From contig MU054132.1 in assembly GCA_013239625.1 (NCBI GenBank), forward strand, positions 930,001 to 992,000: a DNA stretch of 62,000 bases, in the 5' to 3' direction. This DNA is from Lama guanicoe (taxonomy: Eukaryota). Below the pieces are notes generated by a model that worked only from the letters and a program-made list of their open reading frames with translations, had not been told where the DNA came from and ran no database searches. This document shows positions 50,528 through 62,000 of this stretch, piece after piece (within the stretch, counting starts at the first letter, position 1; each line of letters starts with the position of its first letter). The position numbers and the translations under genes are program-made.

Positions 50528-52689
50528 TGACTAGATTTTTGAGACATTCTTTTTTTCTAAAATAATTTGTTTTAACTACAGGTATATGGCTTCAGTTCAT
50601 CTGGACTATCTCATTTTGGCTCAATTTTTTTTCATGTCTGCAAATATTTCCTCCATGACTCACAACAGAAAAGAATACATATGATTTCATTTATATAAAA
50701 TTCAAAGACAAAACAAGCAAAACAAAACTATTTTGTTCAGGGGCACATGCAAACAGACTGATACATATAAAGAAAAATAAAGAAAAGATTACAACTCAGT
50801 GGGGAAGAGTTTCTGATTAGGGAAGAAATACATAAGAGTTTCTGGACTATTGTTAATAATCTATTTCTGAACTGGGTTGTGGTTAATGGGTGTTCTCCTT
50901 GGATTCACTTATGTCAACATTTGCTTTTTTTCTTTTCTCTACATTATGTTTTACAATAAGTTTAAAGGAATGAAACTAAGTCTTTGTTTCACAAAGTAAA
51001 TGTCCCACACAATTTCACTTAAATGGCTACTCGTATTCTACTTTCAGAGTTCTAAGCTACAAACTTAAAGGGCTAACTTCCAATACATATACAATACTTA
51101 TGTTCTTCTTTCTAGTCTCATATTTCCAAGGATTAAACTCTACTGTGAAATTTAGAGAATGGCAAAGTCATAGATGCAAATTAAATAATAATTTAAGTGT
51201 AACCAGAAGTTGAAAATCTTGAACATCTCATCAATATATTTAAAATCTTCAGCTCTAGACGCTTGACTTGACCTTCTAGTAGTCTTCCAGATCTAGAGCT
51301 CTGCTGTTTTTAAACATAAATGCTTATGATCTATTAAAAAAAGCAGAATACAAAACTGACTCTCCTATCATTACAATTATGTTTGTATTACATATGCATA
51401 TGTACTAAGCCTTGAGGGGATTATGGAATAATGAGACTTTTTACCTGTGGGGTAAAAACACTTTTTTTTTTTGTTTCAATATATACTGTTTGCCTTTGCA
51501 ATATACTTTTAGCCTTACAAAGAACTTTTTTCCCTAAATTTTTCTAACTTCTCAGTTAGCATTAATACAACACATCCCATATTCAGCCAGCTGTTTAATA
51601 TGCAATATGACTTAGGAAGTTAGTACATAAAGTTCCACTTTGATTAAAAAAAACACAAATAGTGAACTTTTCCACTACTAACTGTTTACTCAGGGAAGAA
51701 GCTTTTTAGGGTAAGCAGCTTACATATTTCACTAAAACATTGTTTGCTTTACTGTCTCACTCCCCCACTTTTGTTTTATACCATTACCCGTTACACATCA
51801 ATCTTTCATTTGGGAAAATGCTAAATGCTATTTTCAGAAAAAAAGAAATACATCTGGTCTTACTAGCATTAAGCCATGATTTATTTTTAATTATAGTTTA
51901 TGCCTAAAAATGTTCTTCTCTAATCTTTAAAATCTGGGGAAAACATGGTTTCATTCTCAGGAGTTAAGTATCTCACAAATAATGCCTCTTGTGAAGATTT
52001 TTTATGCCTCTTGCAAATTATTTTTTAAGACACTCATACAATCCTAATTAGGGTTACCAATATAATGTGAAATATGTTATATAAAATAGCTCGTATCATG
52101 TTAGTGTAAATTTTACTCTAAATGATGTTACACTTGACAAAACATAATCTATATGAATTATATTACAGTGTTTTAAATGATGAAAACTTCAACCAGTTCC
52201 TGATTTAGTAATGCTAATCTAGTTCATAACATAAGAGAAAAGGAAATAAACACTCAAGTATTTGGAAGAAAAGGAATATGGAGCTTTCAAATGATTCCGA
52301 ATACCCACACATAGAGAAAAAGAGAATGATAAAGCAAATGTGATAAAATGCCAACAACTGGGGATTCTGAATGAAAGGAAAATGAAAGTTCTTTATACTA
52401 TTCTTGCAAATTTTTACTCTGAATTAATTTTAAACCTATAAAAGTTACCAAAAAATCTGCAATTTGTCACACGGTTCAGAAAAATGAAATATGCCGATTA
52501 TCCCGTTGTTTAGTTCCTATTAGTAAAAAATGACCAAATATCTCCAATATCTAAAAATATATCTATAAACTATATACATGTACTTACTAAAATGCCATTA
52601 CACATATATAACATAAATCACAACATATTAAAAAGGGGGCATTTTAAAAGGATTAGCTAAAAAAATAAATAAATAAAAGGAATGATCTT

Positions 52690-53560
52690 GCTTGGCAAAT
52701 GTGAATTCAATCAGTACCCAGTAACTCCCAAATCTCTTCCTCTCATCAACCTTTTCTCTAGAACTCCAGATCTCACTTTCTAGAACCTACAGGATTTCTA
52801 AACCTGAGGTGCCTACATGAGAGCCAACCTCAACATACCTGCTTTTACACTCTGGCTTTCCCCTTAGTGCTAAAGGTGTCTGCTCAGTACAGTCATCCCA
52901 GTCAATTCTTTCTTATTTCAGTCCCACCCCCGCTTGAAAAGAAAATCACAAAGTTCTACCCCCTTACACTCTTTCAGTTCCTTCCTGTTCTCTTTAAATC
53001 CACTGCTTCCTCCACAGGCTGCCACCACAGCTCATCTGGATTATGAGAGCAGCTTATTCATGAAGAACTAGCCTTCAAAGGCTCCAATCTCAGTGGCTTT
53101 CAATCCATTCTTCACAATGAAGCCTGCAGCATTACTCTAAAACCTAAAATTGACTAAGTCACTTTCTACTCTCTCCCTTGCTGTGATTCTCAATCACTTT
53201 CATGATAACAGCCACATCTCTAAGACGATAAACCCGTCCTTTTATGACTGATTCTGGCCCATCTCTCTAGCTACTGTCCTCCGCTCTAACTCTGTTGAAC
53301 AACATAGAAATACCAAATCCTCTCAGGCCTTTATGCTTTTACATGCTGCCATCACTGCCCGAAAATCCCATCTTCCAGCATTTTCCTGAAGAACTCACAC
53401 TCTACTTTTAGGATTCAGTTCAAATACCCTTTCCCTGGAAAACACTTCCTGAGATCAGGAAAGTCAAAGGTTCCATTCGTACATCTCACTAGAGTGTAAG
53501 CCCCCTGAGGACAATCACTGTATTACTCGGAATTCTCAGAACCTGGCTTAATATTTGCTG
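52690..53560 (+). mobile_element. LINE-2 remnant
   Basis: caatccattcttcac...ctcaggcctttatgc...tttaggattcagttcaaat...actagagtgtaagccccctgagg. Confidence 0.6.
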
Positions 53561-54719
53561 AGCTCAAATCAGTGAGGAAGAGAAGTACTCTTTAATAAAT
53601 GTTGCTAAGATAACCAGATAATCACATGGAAAAGGGTAAAACTGGATCCACTGCTCACATTGAATACCAAGATAAACTCTAGGTGGGTAAGGGAATTTCA
53701 TGTAAAAAATGACACCATACAAATACTAGAAGAACACATGTGTGAAATCCTTTATCACCTATAAATGGAGAAACCTTCCTAACATGATTTAAAAAAACAC
53801 ATCAATATGTTTGACTAGATAAGTATCTAGATAGCAAAGTGAACTGATTTACTGCAAGATCAGTAAAATAATACTATTTCTTAGTCTCAATTATACGAGA
53901 GATCAATGAGTTACTAAAACAAAAGGTTTAGTTTTGACATAAGAACACACAAATCAGAAGCTTTTGAGATTGAAAAAAAGGTCTAATAATAATAAATTCA
54001 GTGGCAGCAGCAAACTGGACACAGCAAAAACCCAAATCAAAGAACTGGAAGACAAAAATCATGAGAAAAGATGGAAATCTAATGTCTGTACAATCAGAGT
54101 TCAAAAATACAAAAGGAGCACAGGATAGCAGAGAAGACTAAGAGACTGTTCCCTGAGCTAAAAAAACGTAACTGAGTCTTCAGATCATGACTTATCTCAA
54201 CTAGACATATTTCTGAATTTTAAAGATCAGTATCAAAAAAGGAGGAAATCAACAGGTAGTATCAGATTTTTCTCCTCAAAATTAAACGTTAAGGAAAGAA
54301 CAAAAACTATAAATTTCAAAAGGAAATAAAGCATAACCCAGTATTTCTACATCAAGCCAAACTATCAGTCAAAATAGTAATTGCAAGGGGAACAGAAACA
54401 TATTCTTACACAAGCTCAGAAGAATCCCACCTACAAAATATTTTTAAAAATCCACAAAATAGCATTCTAGCCACAAGAACTAAATCAGGAGAAAGAATGG
54501 AGACGACCTGGTATAGTAAAGACAATAAGGAAACTACAATATAATAAAATGTTAAGTCTACATAGTAGTTGTTGTGATGTTTAATACAAATGTTAAATGA
54601 CTCCTGAAAGAGAAGCTTCCTACAGTTAAACAACAAAAAAAAAAACCCCTAGAGCTGCAGGCTGCACCCAAGAGTACAGAAACTGAAAATACCCCAGTGT
54701 GATTAGCTGATGTACTCAC

Positions 54720-54839
54720 AGGGAGTTTGGTGAAGGCCGGGTTAGTGACATGCTTCCCAAAGGCATCTTCCTGGAACTGGAGAAGCTGCACCACCAGCCC
54801 AGCCAGTGTTTTATTGGTAGGAGCATCCGCATGAACATA
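54720..54839 (-). CDS. SMARCC1: SMARCC1 exon 2 (120 nt)
   Basis: ttgcag|YVHADAPTNKTLAGLVVQLLQFQEDAFGKHVTNPAFTKLP|gtgagt. Confidence 0.97.
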
Positions 54840-54989
54840 CTGCAAGATAAAGAAAGGCACTCAAAAACTGAAACAACTGTGCAGAAGGCAATGTTAACTT
54901 ACTTCCTAGAACCAAAGCACCAGCACGTTGGCAGATTTTTAAGTGTCTGAGACATGTAGTGTGCTGTAAAGGAGCTTACATAAAACAAA

Positions 54990-55790
54990 TATTGGGGGCA
55001 GTGGGGAGGGATAGACGATACATCTTTTTAGTTAACAGATCTTAAGGACAAGAGATGCCATGCTCAAGAAACCAAATCCAAGTCATCTCATCTGCACCTG
55101 GACCTAAATTAAATTAGATGATGAAATCCTGGACCTCAAACTCAAGCCTGATGTTATAATGGAATGAGACCTATTGGGCAGTGTATTTCAAACATGAGAG
55201 AATGTAAACAATTTGTGGCCAGCAAGCACACAGTGTTGCTTTTCAAACAAATCTACAAATTCTTTGACATTCCTCTTATCAAGAGGTGGGGGTCTATGCC
55301 TTCTTCTGTAGAATCAGGACCACCCTTAGTAACTCACTTGTAACCATCAGAATACAACAGAAGTGATGCTACGTGACTTCGGAGGATAAGTCAAAAAAGG
55401 TCATATGGCTTCCATGTAATTCTTTTGGGACACTCACCTCTGGAGCCCTTAACAATGAAGAAGTCCAGCCACCCTGACAACACCATACTCTGAGGAAGCC
55501 CAGGTTACATGGAGAAGCCACATGGAGATGCTATGGCCACCAGCCCTAGATTATGTCCCAGAAGAGTGACAGCACAATCACCCGAGACATGAGTAAAGAT
55601 GATTCCAGGTGATTCTGACCCCCAAGCTGCCAAGTCACCCCCAATCATCAGATCTCCCCAGTCAAGGTCCCAGACATCACTGAGCAGAGGCAACTGTCCC
55701 TGCCAAATTCCAGACACACAGGAACTCTAAGCATAATAAAATGGTTATTTTATGCCATTAAGTTTTGAGCATAACAAAATGTTTTTATGC
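54990..55790 (+). mobile_element. MaLR element: 3' end of internal region followed by an MLT1-type LTR (about 55230-55790)
   Basis: agatgatgaaatcctggac...tttgtggccag (MaLR internal end); LTR motifs cagaagtgatgctacgtgacttc and aataaaatggttattttatgccattaagttttg. Confidence 0.75.
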
Positions 55791-56553
55791 ATTAAAAAAT
55801 ATTATGTGTGCACTTAAAAATGGTTAGGATGGTAAATTTTACGTTTTTTACATTAAAAAAATTTTTAACAAATACATGTGAAAAGTTATCCCTGCTAATG
55901 TGAATAATGTTAAAAAGGCCAAATTTGTGGTAGATAGCAAGCTAGCATCATGAAAGGAAAAATAATGGGTAACGTGACAGGGACAGCATAAATTAAGGAG
56001 TTAAATGTAAAAGTTTAATTTAGTATTAAACATTCAATATCACTTTGAGAAGTCAATACATTTGACAATTCTTTTAAACCTCCAATTTTGAGCAGGAAAA
56101 ACACCTATACTTCCTTTCATTAAAAAAACTAAATTTTTCTTCCCAGAAAAAACCTCTTTCCCAGTACCATCCAACATTTCAAAATTAATGTTTCTATGTT
56201 GTATATCAGAAATTGACATAACATTGTAAACTGACTGTATTTCAATTAAAAAATTTAAAAAATTCACGTTTCTATTGCAATAAACAGTGTTTAAGTGATT
56301 CATATACAGCAAAATAATACAAGCTACGTAGCGTATTATTCCTTAAGTTGACTGGCTCTTGATATGTGCTACTGCCAATCAAAGACAAAGTGCATAAAAG
56401 GGTAATTCTTCTTAAAGCTTAGTATCCTCTTAAATTTTCATTTGTTCAGGTGCACTAGCTTTCCACTCTACATGAAACAGCTAGCATGCAGTTAACTTTG
56501 CTGAAGACTGGTATTTTGTTGGAATGCTTTATTTTACATGAAATCCTCTAGAC

Positions 56554-56870
56554 CAAAGGTTGGGAAAATCGAGCCACAGCCTATTTCTGTGTGACCCACA
56601 AGCTAAGAATGGTTTTTACATTTTTAAATGGTTGGGAAAAAATTCGAAGGAATAATAAAATTTCATGACACAAGAATATCTCAGAAAATTCAAATGTTAG
56701 TACCCATAAATAAAGTTTTATCAAAATACAGTACACTCATTCGTTTACACATTGTCTCTGGCTGCTTTCCTGCAACAGCAGAGTTGAGCAGTTGTCACTG
56801 AGACTGTGTGGCCCACAAAACCTAAATATTTACACTCTTGCCCTTTATAGAAACTGTCTGCCTATCTCTG
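56554..56870 (+). mobile_element. MER58B-like hAT-Charlie DNA transposon
   Basis: gctaagaatggtttttacatttttaaatggttg...cctaaatatttac; 8-bp hAT-type TSD ctctagac / tactagac. Confidence 0.85.
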
Positions 56871-57041
56871 TACTAGACTAATCCTTTTTATCCTTACAAA
56901 AGCTTTTATATTAAGGGTGTCCTGTAAAAACACATTTCCATAAGGCTAGGAAGTGAAGCATGTACGCCAGATAGAAGTCAAAAACTGGAAACAAGTTTCA
57001 TACAATTTAGCACATAAGTGTCAATTCTGTTAGTCTAAAAT

Positions 57042-57166
57042 AATGGTTCTCAAATTTTAGCCTCACTCTCAGAGCTTCTAATGCAATAGGTCAAACCCAA
57101 GAATGTGCATTTCTAACAAGTTCCCACATGACACTACTGGACTGGGAACTACTCCAAGACCACTGG
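57042..57166. mobile_element. MER5A-like DNA transposon remnant
   Basis: tggttctcaaa...ccaagaatgtgcatttctaacaagttccca...accactg. Confidence 0.6.
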
Positions 57167-57569
57167 ACCTCAAAAAAAAAAATCCATCTCACGTATTATT
57201 ACATATCAGTAAAGAACACACTTTATTGTAATTTAAAAGTTAAGCAACTTTTACATGTCAAAAACTGCTTACAATTCCCCTTTCCTACAATGCCAATTCC
57301 CATAATCACCATCAAGTTTACCTTTTTGATGACTATACACTTAAGTGAAAATTCAACATCAGTTTTTTTTCCAATTTATTCAACACAGGACATCTTTAAT
57401 AATACTCAATTTGTAAGTAATCAGTAATACTCAACATAGTGTAATCTTTAATAAAGAACAAGCTCAAGTTTATACTACAAACTGGCAAAATATACTGCAC
57501 ATACCCACACGATAACTTTATAATGTTTAATAACTACAAGCTTCTCAAAGGGGTCATATAAAGCACATG

Positions 57570-57637
57570 GTAAAGCAACATAAAAAACTAATAACCATAA
57601 ATGTAAAGCAACATAAAAAACTAATAACCATAAATGT
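57570..57637. repeat. Perfect 33-bp tandem duplication
   Basis: gtaaagcaacataaaaaactaataaccataaat repeated twice. Confidence 0.95.
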
Positions 57638-59539
57638 TTATTTTTCAGATACCTGTAGATAACTGAACACCACCAAATCCTAAAACCGAAAGAGAAACCA
57701 TTTGGAAGAAGGCTGTTCAGCTAAAATCAAATCAACCCTTCAGGCAAAAAGTAATTTTTAATGACTTTTATATACATAGCTTTGTATATATTCTAAACTT
57801 TACTATTATCTATACATATTTCATTTACTATATTGTCATTCAGAATAAGAAAGGTTTCATGTGGACAACCTTAGAGTCTCACAATAAAGACAGACAGGTT
57901 CAAAGTGCAGTCAAAATGATTACTTTAGACATTTTAAAATCCAACTTTTAAACTATAAAATGCTTAACTCTCTTTAGATACTTTCTCCAAATCACCCACA
58001 AAATTTATGAAACAGGAAAACGTATGTAAGAGATGACATACTCATAATGAGACTGAATGAAATCTGACACTAACATATTAGTGTAAACTATACCTCATAT
58101 TCACTCAAAAGGCAACCAGTGTATGACTACATGGTTTTCAAGTCAACTTTTTAAAATTTCAAAATAGTAATATTCTATTTAATCAATAAGAATGAAGCAG
58201 GCTCATCAGAAGATAAATGGTAAAAATATCAGTACCACCTCAAATTTACATAATCCTATCTGCAAAGTCTATGTAGTGATTTGAACAAGTCTATGGGAGT
58301 CTCAGTCTTATTACCAATTTATAAATGAAAAATTAAAACGTAGAAATCAAGTGATCCGCTAAAGGACACCACCAATTAGCAGCCAAAAGTACTAAATTCA
58401 CATCTTCTAAACCAATGTAATGCTCATTCCCACTATCCCACAATGATATGAGTTCATTTCAACTGCTTCCAAAAATCTCACCTAAACATAAAAAGCTCGT
58501 AACAGCTTTCAAAATACTGAATCCTGATTAAGGGTTAAAAAACTGTAATGATTATACAGACTACTTCAGTCATAAACATTTTATCTTTCATCAACAACAA
58601 AAAAAGCTCCACAGCATGTTTTGCTTAAGACAACAAAAATTTTTTAGTCTCAAGTATTTTGATTAAGAAAGAAGATATGTTTAGAAAGTTTATCAATAAA
58701 TTTGCTTTATATTATCTGTGACATTATTAAAGCAACAATAACAATCCCTAAACAATTATCCTAAACAATTCTATCGTAGCAGATGTCCCATTAAAAAAAA
58801 CTGTCTTAAACTGTTAAATATTTTCTGTAAAGGGCACTGAAATGCCTTCCTTGGGCAATTTAGTCTATTTTAATAAGGTACCTTGAATCTACATCATCTT
58901 TAAACCATCCTGAAATCTTATTTGAGGAGTAAGCCAAACTTCAAGAAGAAAGTTACCTGGAAACTTAATGGCTTACAGATATCCTTCACCTCCAAGGTAT
59001 CTGAGTTGAATCAATTTGAGGTCAAGGTTTTATCATCTGAAAACCACTCAGAAACTATGGACAGAAATACATCTCTCATCTTTATCAAAGTTAGGATGAA
59101 AGACATGTATGCAATAATACAAAGTAGGCAGCTTAGGTATATAAACAAGCTTCTGCATCGCTAGTACTTAAAATGCAACCTCAGGCAGTTAACCTTCCTA
59201 CACTTCAGTTTCCGCTTACCTAAACTGGTCACCTCCTCTGGACTCCTTTTGGCTAGTTGAAGCTCATCCCTGTCAAAAAGTATTCTTTCTCTCCCTTCTG
59301 TATTACTAAGCCAAATTTATCAACAAAGCCTTAATAAATAGGTTCCTAGACTAGTTAATCTGTTCATTCATTGAACAAATATTTACTGAGCACCTCCTAT
59401 GTGCATTCAGAAGACAAAAACAATGCAAGGAAGTTCTCTTTTAATTTGAAATCATCTGGGTTTTTACAAGTCGGTGCTTGTGTCTACCTTTTCCACAACA
59501 TTGTGAGTTCCTTAAAGAAAGGGATTACGTGTAAAGAAA

Positions 59540-59790
59540 AAAAATTAGGGTTTAGAGCCAGGCAGACTTTCCTTGAATCACAAATCTGCCACTCCTAACT
59601 GTAATCTTAATGACGTTACTTAAACTGGAGCCTCAGGTTTCTCTCACCTGTCAAATGAAGTATATAATACCTATAATTCAGGACTGTTGTGAGGATTTAA
59701 GTGAGTTATGTTTTAAATGCCTGGATAAGGTAGATGCACAGTTGTTCACCAAATGCATGCATCCACCAATCAATAAAAATGGTACTACCA
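59540..59790 (+). mobile_element. MIR SINE remnant
   Basis: tttagagccaggcagac...gagcctcaggtttctctcacctgtcaaatg...ctgttgtgaggatttaagtgag. Confidence 0.65.
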
Positions 59791-60550
59791 ATGTCATGTT
59801 TATTTCATAGAGTTGAAAATGCAGCATGAAATGCACTAGAAAAGTTTAGTTAAGTCCCATCAATGTGCATACCAAGTAGAGATATATCGTGTATAAAATA
59901 AGCAAAGAACCTTCTGGTTAATACTTTCACCACACCAACAACACTTTCAGAGGCTGATAGGATTCTGGCTGTCAGGCACAAGGGATATACAATTTTGAAT
60001 CTGAGTAGGCCCAAGAAATACACTCTGGTTTTTTGAAACTCTGAGAAGTCAAACCTAACTTTAACTTTGTCTTTATGGCCTCAGGGACACTGAGCCAGTA
60101 TTAGCCAACTGGCCTCAACACTCTGGGACAAATCCTGCAGTCAGCCTCACAGCCACTTCCTCATCCACCCAAACAAATCTCTGAAAGACTATCCAACCCT
60201 AAAGCTGCCCTCTTAAAATTGAGCCCAAAGAGATGCAAAGAGTTTGGGGAAGTCGAAATTACTATTATTGTATTTCCACTTTTCTTTTCCCTTCCTTGAT
60301 ATCCAAGGGAATATTCCTCCTGAGTATTTCTTTGTTAAAGCTATACTTACATGTCAATTATATTTCAATAAAACTAGGGGAGGGGGGGTCCCAGAACGGT
60401 GATAAAATACATTAAGGCACATTAATTTAAGACCCAGTGTACTGGCTCAAGGGTACATGATAAAAAATATTTTCATAATATAAATATATTTAATTCCCTT
60501 AGCTATTACCAGAAGCTCAACTACCTGCACAAAAGTAACCACATTTGCTC

Positions 60551-60642
60551 TTCTTTTTTTTTTTTTTTTTTAATGGAAGTACTGGGGACTGAACCCAGGA
60601 CTTTGCACATGCTAAGCACGCACTCTACCACTGAGTTATATC
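60551..60642 (-). mobile_element. Short-form Vic-1-like SINE with pure polyA tail
   Basis: T-run followed by the reverse-complement tRNA-like head; lacks the cctaattacc 3' extension seen in the other copies. Confidence 0.85.
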
Positions 60643-61694
60643 ATCAAAAAGTGACCAATTTATCACTGTATAAGGAAGAACAATATCCTCCTCTACTTAC
60701 ATGTAGATGAGAACAGTCCACAATCCCAAATGTGACTCCAAAATTTCGTGGGGGATGGGGGGAATTCAAATCATAAGAAAATAAACCGTAAATTAAAATA
60801 TAAATTGTCTCACTTCCTGAAACTTCAGATTAGAAATAATCATTTTTGAAAGCATTACAGTGTAATGTCAAAATAACCCAAGATCCTTGCCCTTGTCTAA
60901 CAACTTCCAGAAGCTGAAAGACTTCACTGCACTGAAACACCCCAAATCGGTCGGTTCCTAGACTATCTTTTCATTCATTCAACATTTACTAAACAACTAC
61001 TGAAGGCTAGGCAGTTCCAGGACACGTTGTAGGGAACAAGCCTGACAAGGTCCTTGCCCCAGTGCTATGGTCCACAATAGGGGAAGTAGAGAACTGGAAA
61101 GGATGTTCCGGAAATTCGGGGGCGGAGGGATTATTTTTGGCAGTCTGCTTCCTTATACCTTCTAAGGGAGTCACTCCTATATATTTACGTGAAGAGGAAG
61201 CTAAAAAACATAAACAAGGGGCTAAGTCACAGCTTTCAATACCACTGACTTAGTGGAACTTACATTCCAAAGGTAGGAGAAACAGGTAAATGAAAAGAAT
61301 CTCTAACAGTGGTATGAAGAAAATAAAGCTGATATGAAGTGGGATGATCTAACAAAAATGGGGTTCGTAAGAAAGATCTCGCACGAGGTACAAGTGAACA
61401 TTAACTCTTGCACTCACACTATACATAACCAGAAGTACTGTGAAGTAAAAGCCGTCATTTTTTTTATATAGTTCTCATTTAGACTGTAATTCGTTGTATT
61501 AACCTGTTACTAACGTCCGAGTATGGTCGGTATGGTTTATCAACAACAGGTAGTAAAACCTTAGTCACCTCACTTGACTTTGAAGACTAGCCTCTAAACA
61601 AAACTTGCACTTGCTTTTTACAGCTTTGGCTCAGGCAGTTTCAATAATCATTGTTCACACACCTCAAGTAGCCAACAAAAGAGGAAGATTCACA

Positions 61695-62000
61695 CCCTCC
61701 GCGTTGCTCAGCTCATTCTGCTGCTGCACAGCAATGAGCAGGGGCTTTCGCTGGGGTGCGTGGGCTCCAAGGAGCGGAGCCCCGACGGCCGGTGGCGCCC
61801 CGGGCGCCCGCGACAGCGCACCGCGGGGGCGTGGCGGGCCCGGTGCCTGCCTTTGTTGTCCCTCGTGGCGCGCGGGGGGAGGGGCGGCCCGAGGCCCGCG
61901 AGGCCAGTAGCCGCCCCCGACCCCGTCGCGTGGCCTCCCGGCCCCTACGGGCGCGCGAACCCACCTTCTTGTAGTGCTTGCCCAGCCAGACCCGCACCGA
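61695..62000. promoter_or_regulatory. CpG island at the SMARCC1 5' end (exon 1 / start of intron 1)
   Basis: Abrupt switch from AT-rich to very GC- and CpG-rich sequence, with GC-box-like motifs (ggggcgtggc, gaggggcgg), overlapping exon 1. Confidence 0.9.
61965..62000 (-). CDS. SMARCC1: SMARCC1 coding exon 1 (3' part; start codon beyond window edge)
   Basis: Translates SVRVWLGKHYKK; donor AAG|GTGGGT; lies in a CpG island; phase 0. Confidence 0.95.

Larger units (their letters stand above)
1..62000 (-). other. SMARCC1: SMARCC1 (BAF155) gene, partial: end of exon 1 to intron 13
   Basis: Thirteen exons with GT-AG boundaries splice in frame to SVRVWLGKHYKKYVHADAPTNK...DEQDEETVTTGGK, matching BAF155 (HSPSPPPPTPTESRKKSGKKG and PKNVNPKKDSENTPVKGG fit SMARCC1 rather than SMARCC2). 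Confidence 0.97.

Noticed and set aside
61605..61997. GC-rich ORFs of 72-101 aa at the right edge
   Set aside because: Stop codons are scarce in CpG islands; only 61965-62000 on the minus strand is real coding sequence.
1..62000. Prokaryote-style systems (CRISPR arrays, operons, defence islands)
   Set aside because: The sequence is a spliced mammalian gene with LINE/SINE repeats; there is no regularly spaced repeat-spacer array or dense ORF cluster.

Overview
Mammalian genomic DNA, not prokaryotic; the tRNA-derived Vic-1-like SINEs point to a camelid (camel/alpaca/llama). The whole window lies inside SMARCC1 (BAF155, a SWI/SNF core subunit) on the minus strand. It runs from the last 36 nt of coding exon 1 in a CpG island at the right edge through exons 2-13. 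All introns are GT-AG, and the 1,104 nt in the window splice into one uninterrupted 368-codon frame (roughly residues 54-421 by human numbering recalled from memory). This covers the N-terminal MarR/BRCT/chromo module and the basic/acidic linker before SWIRM. The introns are full of interspersed repeats: young camelid L1 3' ends with TSDs, older L1M/L2/MIR, MER58/MER5 DNA transposons, MaLR and ERV-type LTRs and seven Vic-1-like SINEs. There is one 824-N assembly gap inside a young L1. I see no convincing new biological system. The best leads are a probable L1 3' transduction sitting inside a split SINE, several candidate cryptic splicing events (a poison exon in intron 9, a microexon in intron 6, an internal donor in exon 9) and inverted SINE pairs. 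Repeat family names come from recalled consensus motifs and repeat boundaries are approximate; exon boundaries were read base by base.
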